From a bacterium (GTDB lineage Bacteria > Patescibacteriota > Patescibacteriia > JAHIZJ01), in contig JAUYLJ010000041.1 of assembly GCA_030699685.1 (NCBI GenBank), positions 6,241 through 70,240 on the forward strand: a DNA stretch of 64,000 nt. The letters run 5' to 3'. The translations under genes were made by a program, and so were the position numbers. The notes beneath the pieces were generated by a model. It saw only the letters and a list, made by a program, of their open reading frames with translations, searched no databases and was not told the DNA's origin. Below, piece by piece: positions 58,182 through 64,000 of this stretch. The stretch's first letter is position 1, and each line of letters opens with the position of its first letter.

Positions 58182-61100
58182 ATGGCCCTAAACAAAACGG
58201 GGAAATCAAAGCTGCCCTCCACGGAGCAAGAGACTGCTGTACGCCAACGTGTTAATATCCGACTTATGTTCCTAGTCGGAGTTTTATTAATTGTAGTCGG
58301 AATTTCTCTGGCCTTCTTCATACCGTGGAAACGGCTTGGCCAGCAACAACCTCAACCGCTAACCGGTTATATCCCGGTTCCTGGTACCGATCTCCAGATT
58401 CTGGACGACCATCCGCGGTTGTGGGTCACTCAAGAAACCTTGTCTTCAATAAAATGCTGGGCTGGCATCACCTCCGGTTCCGGCTGCGGCGGCAACGCGA
58501 CACTCTACCAAAACTTCAAAACAGTGACGGATCAAAAACTCGCTAATGGGGACAGGGAGTTTTATGATATTCACCAATACGCGCTGCTATACCAATTAAC
58601 CGGGGACGCGAGCTACTGTACCGTTCCCATCGAGGTCTCACACACCGAAGCGGAAAGCGGTGCTTTGCGGCGGGAAGGAAAGGGCCCGGCCAGGTCCTCA
58701 ACCGTCGCCATGACTTACGACTGGTGTTACGATCAATTGAGCGAGTCAGACAAAACCTTAATCGGCCAGTACCTGGTCGCTAACGCTCAAGCCACGCCGT
58801 TTGATAACAACCACGCGTTTTACCCCGGAGAAAGTTCCGGACTCGTCTATGCCTTCAGCGTCTTTGGTGACGGAGTAAACGACTCGGCGGCCGGGGCAAT
58901 GCTTAAGCAGCACTACGAGGGAATAAAGAATGTGAATGTCCCGGCGACAAACGAGGTGTACGCCAACGGCGGTCTCGACGGCTACGCAGGACTGCGCTCC
59001 GATGCGATTTTGACCTTTGCAGACCTGTTTAAGTCAGGGTCGACATATACGTCCATGTTTGAGGATTCGCAGTTTGCTCGCAACACCGCATTATTTTTTC
59101 TTCATCGCACGCGGGGAGATCTGCAGTTAAGCAAAGCACCAGGAAAAAATAACTACAGCGGTATTAAGTTAAACTCTTTTTTGGCACACACGGCATACCG
59201 GTACAATAACCAGCATGCCCAATGGATGGCGAATTATCTGATTGAACAAAACCCGGGAGAATCATTCTACGAGCTAGTTATGTGGCGGAACCCTACCGTC
59301 CCCAGTACACCGCTTGATGATCCCAACAACCCGCTCTCACTGAAACTTGAAGGTGTCGGCAGCGGCATGTACTATGGCCGAAGCGACTGGAGTTTTGGGC
59401 CGGTATCGCAGGCCATACATTGGGGCTTCTTTAATGGACCTGATTTGGTTGGCCATAAAACACAGAATCACTTTAATCTCGCGCGCGGCAACGACAGCCT
59501 GCTTATTGATAGCGGCGTTCGCACCGATGATTATGATTATACGTATAATTCCTATTACCGCCGCTCAATTGCCCATAATTCGATTGGCATTACCATGCCA
59601 GGTGAAGAATTTGGCGATGCGCGGGGCGTTCCGATCCCCAATGACGGAGGGCAATGGAACAGCGATAAAGACGAAGGCTGTGACCGCTGGCCAGCGGCTT
59701 GCAACGGCAATTCCGGTTACGCGCCCGGCTGGCGCGGCGAGGTGAAACGCTATGAATATGTTCCAGGTGAATACACATACATTCTTGGTGACGCCACACC
59801 CGCGTACAACGACGACAAAACAACGCAAGTCGAACGATCGTTTATCGAGCTCGAACCAAATCTCTTTATCGTCTTTGACGCGGTGAACGCGACACAAGCA
59901 TCCTTTGAAAAGGCGTTTTACCTGCACATGATCGAAAAGCCTGCCGTGAACGGAACACTCCAAACACAGGAAGGAAACTACGACACGGGCGGCATCTTTG
60001 ATTCAACCAATTCGAATGTTGTCACAGTTCGATATGGAGACAGCGCGGTTCTTTCAAAAACACTATTGCCGGAAAACCCGAGGATTCGTATTGTCGGGGG
60101 TCAGAATCCGAACGGAGATCCGGTACGTCACAATAATTCCCAAATCAATTATCCTCCAACCTACGATCCGCAACAGTCGTATGAATACTTCAACGAATGG
60201 AATTGGCCCCCTGCTTCTCTTGAAAATGTGGGAGAATACGACGATGATCAACGCTATGGTCGCAACGGCGCAAGTTCAAACACCCCGGCGGGCGGAGAAG
60301 GTGGAGACTGGCGAATAGAGGTTCGCCCGAATACGGTTTCTGCCATCGACAACTTCTTTCACGTCTATCAAGTCCGCGACGGCGACTTATTTGTTGATAA
60401 TACTGATCCTGGCTTTTCAACCTCAGACGGCGGTTGGACTGAGAGCAATTACAATGCTTATGGCTATGGAATGTATGGTAATACGCTGGTCAAAGCCCGG
60501 CCCAGCACCAGCCGAACAGCAACCTGGAATTTTACCGTTACCCAAACCGGAGCCTATGACGTCAACGTCTGGCTGCCGAAAAAAAATAATCGTGATTTAA
60601 TCAACGAGGCCAAATACACCATCAGGCATGCTGGTGGTGAGACTGTGATAACACTAGATCAAAACGACGGCCAGGCGCTTTGGGTCAACCTCGGTTCGTA
60701 CCAATTCGATCCAGGAACAGCGACAGTGGAGCTCAGTACCGATTCATCCGATGGCAGTCTGTATATGACGGCCGATGCGATGAAATTGTCTTACCAGAAC
60801 AGCGATCTGCCGATGGTCGACACTCAGCTGCTCCGTTCAGAAAACCAAAATATGGTCGGCTCATTTATTGACGGCCGTCTGGTGGCACTGCTCAGCAAGG
60901 ACGGCAGTGAGGTAGCTTCTACAGATGTGGAGATTCCTGCAGAGGGTGTTGTGCAATTCCGTATTTTTGGAATGAGACCGGACACAAACTTTTCAGTTTC
61001 TCGCAATGAACAAAGGGTAAGCATCCGAACCGGCTCCGGTGAGCGCAGTACAGACCAAGGCGTCTTGTCGTTCACCATTGATTTCAGCGGTGAGGGCGGC

Positions 61101-62492
61101 GAGGAAGACCCCGTGCCAACATGCACGCTCATTGCCCACCCGCAGACCGGAGTCGGGCCCTTCACCAGTTACCTGGAAGCACGATTCAGTAATTTACCAG
61201 AAGACGAGGAGCGCGCGCTATTGTCTTGTTCAGCTGATGATCCCGGCCATAACAGCAATATCTACAATGGCGACTGGGCTTATCGGCCGTGCCTTTACTC
61301 AACTGTCACTGAGACGACTGAATTTGTGGCCTCGGCCGTAGCAGGCGGAGCTGAATGTTCCACCGTTGTAACCGTACTGCCGAGAACCGAATATCTCACG
61401 GAATTCTCTGACGACTACACCGCCAACATCACGGAGAATCCGACGATCAATCAAGGCACTATCCAGAACGTGGAATGGGATGGTGTTTCGTCCTATCAAT
61501 TGAACAGCGAAAGCGGAGGCCCCATATCGGCAAGCAGTCCCGGACTGGTGGCGCTCTGGCGCATGAACGACCCGATCGGCGACGGCATCACAGATGACGC
61601 CACGACTAATGGCAACCGCGGCACTTGCGACGGCATCAACTGCCCCACGGAGATAGCCGGCAAGTTTAACAACGCCTATCTCTATGATGGACTCCAAGAT
61701 GAGATTGACGTCGCCAGCTCAACCAGTCTTGATACGCTCGATACAATGACCGCGTCGATGTGGGTGAAAATGGCGGTTGATCAGGATAATCAAACTCTCA
61801 TCAGTTTCTACAAGTCGTCCACGGACCGAGTCTATCTTTGGTACACGTCGGAAGAAGGCATCCGCATCTACAATGACATCGATAACCAAGGAAGCTCCGA
61901 GATTGTCACCGGCTATAAGCCAACCCTGGATCAGTGGGTTCATGTTGCCTGGGTGATCGATGGAATAAAATGGCATATCTACATCAACGGTCAACCCTAC
62001 TCATCCAATGAAACGCAAACCATGAGCGACCTTGATGACGGCTTCACGGTAAGCATCGGACGCCGCTCGGAAAACGACCGGCCATGGAACGGAGCGATTG
62101 ACGAAACGGCAATTTGGAGCCGCGCGCTGTCGCAAACCGAAATACTCAATCTGATCGGCGGCTCAGGAACAGGCAGCTTCGAATCCAATAATCTAGCCGT
62201 TCCCGAATATGACAATTTGAGAGCCCAATGGCTCGCTTCCGGAACCCAACTCCAAGTGGAAATCAACACCGGCGGGGAGAACTGGTGTGAAATTACCAAC
62301 GGCGGCTTGTTCAACAATCCAGCCTGCCCTCAACCGGCGACGGCCCTGAAATACCGAGTGAATTTTACAGGCCCGGTCAGTCTCGACCGCGTTCACTTTG
62401 AATGGGACGTCTTGGGTGAAAGCGAAGAGGACCCGCCTTCTGATGACGGTCCTGGCGGTGGAGGCAAATTACCCCTACAGAATTACGAGTAA
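58182..62492 (+). CDS. giant membrane-anchored extracellular protein with heparinase II/III-like (polysaccharide-lyase fold) and LamG/concanavalin-A-like domains
   Basis: 1436 aa. N-terminal signal-anchor 'RLMFLVGVLLIVVGISLAFFIPW'. 'VGHKTQNHFNLARGNDSLLIDSGVRTDDYDYTYNSYYRRSIAHNSIGI' matches the heparinase II/III C-terminal signature. A C-terminal LamG-like domain is present ('MWVKMAVDQDNQTLISF...WVHVAWVIDG...NGAIDETAIWSRALS'). Confidence 0.8.
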   Translation: MALNKTGKSKLPSTEQETAVRQRVNIRLMFLVGVLLIVVGISLAFFIPWKRLGQQQPQPLTGYIPVPGTDLQILDDHPRLWVTQETLSSIKCWAGITSGSGCGGNATLYQNFKTVTDQKLANGDREFYDIHQYALLYQLTGDASYCTVPIEVSHTEAESGALRREGKGPARSSTVAMTYDWCYDQLSESDKTLIGQYLVANAQATPFDNNHAFYPGESSGLVYAFSVFGDGVNDSAAGAMLKQHYEGIKNVNVPATNEVYANGGLDGYAGLRSDAILTFADLFKSGSTYTSMFEDSQFARNTALFFLHRTRGDLQLSKAPGKNNYSGIKLNSFLAHTAYRYNNQHAQWMANYLIEQNPGESFYELVMWRNPTVPSTPLDDPNNPLSLKLEGVGSGMYYGRSDWSFGPVSQAIHWGFFNGPDLVGHKTQNHFNLARGNDSLLIDSGVRTDDYDYTYNSYYRRSIAHNSIGITMPGEEFGDARGVPIPNDGGQWNSDKDEGCDRWPAACNGNSGYAPGWRGEVKRYEYVPGEYTYILGDATPAYNDDKTTQVERSFIELEPNLFIVFDAVNATQASFEKAFYLHMIEKPAVNGTLQTQEGNYDTGGIFDSTNSNVVTVRYGDSAVLSKTLLPENPRIRIVGGQNPNGDPVRHNNSQINYPPTYDPQQSYEYFNEWNWPPASLENVGEYDDDQRYGRNGASSNTPAGGEGGDWRIEVRPNTVSAIDNFFHVYQVRDGDLFVDNTDPGFSTSDGGWTESNYNAYGYGMYGNTLVKARPSTSRTATWNFTVTQTGAYDVNVWLPKKNNRDLINEAKYTIRHAGGETVITLDQNDGQALWVNLGSYQFDPGTATVELSTDSSDGSLYMTADAMKLSYQNSDLPMVDTQLLRSENQNMVGSFIDGRLVALLSKDGSEVASTDVEIPAEGVVQFRIFGMRPDTNFSVSRNEQRVSIRTGSGERSTDQGVLSFTIDFSGEGGEEDPVPTCTLIAHPQTGVGPFTSYLEARFSNLPEDEERALLSCSADDPGHNSNIYNGDWAYRPCLYSTVTETTEFVASAVAGGAECSTVVTVLPRTEYLTEFSDDYTANITENPTINQGTIQNVEWDGVSSYQLNSESGGPISASSPGLVALWRMNDPIGDGITDDATTNGNRGTCDGINCPTEIAGKFNNAYLYDGLQDEIDVASSTSLDTLDTMTASMWVKMAVDQDNQTLISFYKSSTDRVYLWYTSEEGIRIYNDIDNQGSSEIVTGYKPTLDQWVHVAWVIDGIKWHIYINGQPYSSNETQTMSDLDDGFTVSIGRRSENDRPWNGAIDETAIWSRALSQTEILNLIGGSGTGSFESNNLAVPEYDNLRAQWLASGTQLQVEINTGGENWCEITNGGLFNNPACPQPATALKYRVNFTGPVSLDRVHFEWDVLGESEEDPPSDDGPGGGGKLPLQNYE

Positions 62493-62521
62493 CGTAGCCA
62501 AAAGTTTCCCGCATCAATTGA

Positions 62522-62560
62522 AACACTGCACGCCTTAAAAAGGGCCGTGCAGTGTTTTTA
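62522..62560 (+). terminator. rho-independent terminator (11-bp perfect stem then TTTTTAG)
   Basis: AACACTGCACG / CGTGCAGTGTT with a 13-nt loop. It lies 30 nt after the giant gene's stop. Confidence 0.7.
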
Positions 62561-62604
62561 GCACTAAACAAAGCGGAAAACCTCACTTCCCCGTCCTCTT
62601 AGGC

Positions 62605-62633
62605 TTGACTAAAAGGGAATCGCATGCTATCCT
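62605..62633 (+). promoter_or_regulatory. putative promoter (TTGACT-17-TATCCT) for the S8 peptidase gene
   Basis: -35 at 62605-62610 and -10 at 62628-62633. Confidence 0.4.
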
Positions 62634-62690
62634 ACTCTGTTTTTTGGTACGCAGAATGTGTTAGTTTAATTAGTAAGGAGGAAAGACACT

Positions 62691-64000
62691 ATGAAAAATT
62701 TACGATTCAAAAGCCTACTGATTCTCGCATGCTTTTTTGCTGTATCGATCTTACCGCTAAACGCCCAGGAAATACATCAAGGAACGGGCCTAGTCACCGT
62801 CAACGTACTGGTTAGCGAAAGCCGTTTGAGCGATGCAGCGATCGCAGCTGCGTTGCAAAGCGCCAGCCCGGCACCGTTCACCCAGATAAACAGTCTTGGC
62901 GGTTTCGGACGTCCCTCGTCAAACACAGCTTATGGAAAACGTCTGTATTCATTGACGCTTCTTCCAAGCTACGCCAATCGTTTTCTCCGCGCTGTTCGCT
63001 CGACTCCCAATGTGCTCCTGGCTGAGCAAGAACAAATCGGGTACGCGAACATGGACCCCAACGATCCGTATTACGGGTTGCAATGGGGTTTGCCTAAAGT
63101 GGAGGCACCGGCAGGCTTTGATATAGAAATGGGAAATTCTGAAGTTGTGATTGCTATCGTTGATACCGGAGTTGATCTCGATCACCCCGATCTGGTTTCG
63201 AAGCTGCTGCCAGGTTATGACGCTGTAGATGGAGACTCGGTCCCGGAAGACGTCAATGGTCATGGAACTCGGATGGCCGGTATCGCTACTGCCACAACAA
63301 TGAACAATCAAGGCATTGCCGGCATGTGTCCGAACTGCAAGCTTTTACCGCTCAGAGCCGGATACCCAAACAGTACTTTTTCGGCGTCAAAAGTTTTTCT
63401 CGCAGTGGAATACGCGCTTGATAACCCGCGCGGTATTGAGGGTATTCCGGATAACCCAAATCCAGCCGATGTTATTTCTTTAAGCGCTTCGTTTCCCGGT
63501 GAAAGCGACTACTTGCTGTGGAGCGTCGAAGACGCGGCCGCTCTGAATGTCCCTTTTGTCGCCAGCGCGGGAAACCAGGGATGGGATGGGCCGCGCTATC
63601 CAGCCGCTTATGACAACGTCATTAGCGTAGCGGCAACAGATCAAAATGATCAGCGCTACAGTAACTCGAATTACGGCGATTGGGTGACCCTCGCCGCGCC
63701 AGGAGTTGATATTTGGACAACCAGTCTTAACGGTACTTACGCGACTTCGACCGGAACCTCGCCTGCTGCGCCCTTAGTAGCCGGTACAATCGCGCTTATG
63801 CGATCCCGCGCTGTGAACATGACACTTTCGCCAGACGATATTCGAGATATTCTTATCGCCAGCTCAGATCCAGTGTATGGTTTTCCAGATATCGTCGGCG
63901 GCCGTTTGAACGCCAGGGCAGCGCTTGAATTGACCCCAAACGGACATACGCCACCATACATCCCGCGCTTCAAGAAACCGTTTCCTATGTCAGATGGCGG
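62691..64000 (+). CDS. secreted subtilisin-like S8 serine peptidase (partial; runs off the window)
   Basis: AAGGAGG lies 9 nt before the ATG. Signal peptide. Catalytic D ('AIVDTGVD'), H ('NGHGTRMAG') and S ('GTSPAAP') are present. Confidence 0.85.
   Translation, partial: MKNLRFKSLLILACFFAVSILPLNAQEIHQGTGLVTVNVLVSESRLSDAAIAAALQSASPAPFTQINSLGGFGRPSSNTAYGKRLYSLTLLPSYANRFLRAVRSTPNVLLAEQEQIGYANMDPNDPYYGLQWGLPKVEAPAGFDIEMGNSEVVIAIVDTGVDLDHPDLVSKLLPGYDAVDGDSVPEDVNGHGTRMAGIATATTMNNQGIAGMCPNCKLLPLRAGYPNSTFSASKVFLAVEYALDNPRGIEGIPDNPNPADVISLSASFPGESDYLLWSVEDAAALNVPFVASAGNQGWDGPRYPAAYDNVISVAATDQNDQRYSNSNYGDWVTLAAPGVDIWTTSLNGTYATSTGTSPAAPLVAGTIALMRSRAVNMTLSPDDIRDILIASSDPVYGFPDIVGGRLNARAALELTPNGHTPPYIPRFKKPFPMSDG

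Overview
This window reads as a bacterial chromosomal segment, not as an obvious mobile element. Background GC is about 45-50 %, with several GC-rich patches near 60-68 %. No CRISPR array, integrase or transposase was seen.

Housekeeping genes:
- DNA repair and RNA processing: uvrA, uvrC, RNase J.
- Translation and cell wall: trpS, murI, secG.
- Sugar metabolism: two tandem phosphomannomutase/phosphoglucomutase genes plus a HAD beta-phosphoglucomutase-like gene.
- Purine synthesis: a full-length single-chain FGAM synthase (purL).
- Lipid synthesis and others: a CDP-alcohol phosphatidyltransferase, an SDR, a class-I methyltransferase, a glutamine amidotransferase and a MazG-like protein.

RNA genes:
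- tRNA-Leu(CAG) and tRNA-Ser(CGA).
- A 23S-5S rRNA operon on the minus strand with no 16S gene in the window.
- The 23S gene carries a 261-nt ORF-less group I intron in the helix-69/71 region, the strongest structural finding.
- The rrn promoter sits back-to-back with a sigma70-like promoter driving a lipoprotein gene.

Proteins with an archaeal/eukaryotic flavour include a radical-SAM/GNAT Elp3 homologue, an EndoQ-like PHP nuclease and a TrmB-family regulator. The TrmB and EndoQ-like genes sit in an apparent operon with a sugar-nucleotidyltransferase that has a ribbon-helix-helix domain fused to its N terminus.

A set of large extracellular or membrane proteins is present:
- a 1433-aa signal-peptide protein ending in a roughly 7-blade FG-GAP propeller;
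- a 1436-aa membrane-anchored protein with heparinase II/III-like and LamG-like domains;
- a 378-aa FG-GAP protein;
- a phosphodiester-glycosidase protein with internal repeats;
- an S8 subtilase;
- a GH130 / GT4-fusion gene pair.

Two small genes with complete signal sets lie below the 60-aa ORF-track cut-off:
- a 45-aa Lys/Thr-rich tandem-repeat protein at 57514-57651;
- a 44-aa protein at 31448-31582 with its own promoter, RBS and terminator.

Other observations:
- A 'TGcTA(T/C)A(C/A)T-N6-ATG' pattern at uvrC, trpS and a candidate small ORF suggests leaderless translation.
- On the minus strand, a GC-rich gene for a protein with a C-terminal cold-shock domain precedes an ATP-grasp ligase and an alpha/beta hydrolase; this may be an uncharacterised peptide/amide-ligase system.

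Taxonomically the sequence is consistent with a Chloroflexota-like or CPR-like bacterium. This cannot be settled from the window alone.
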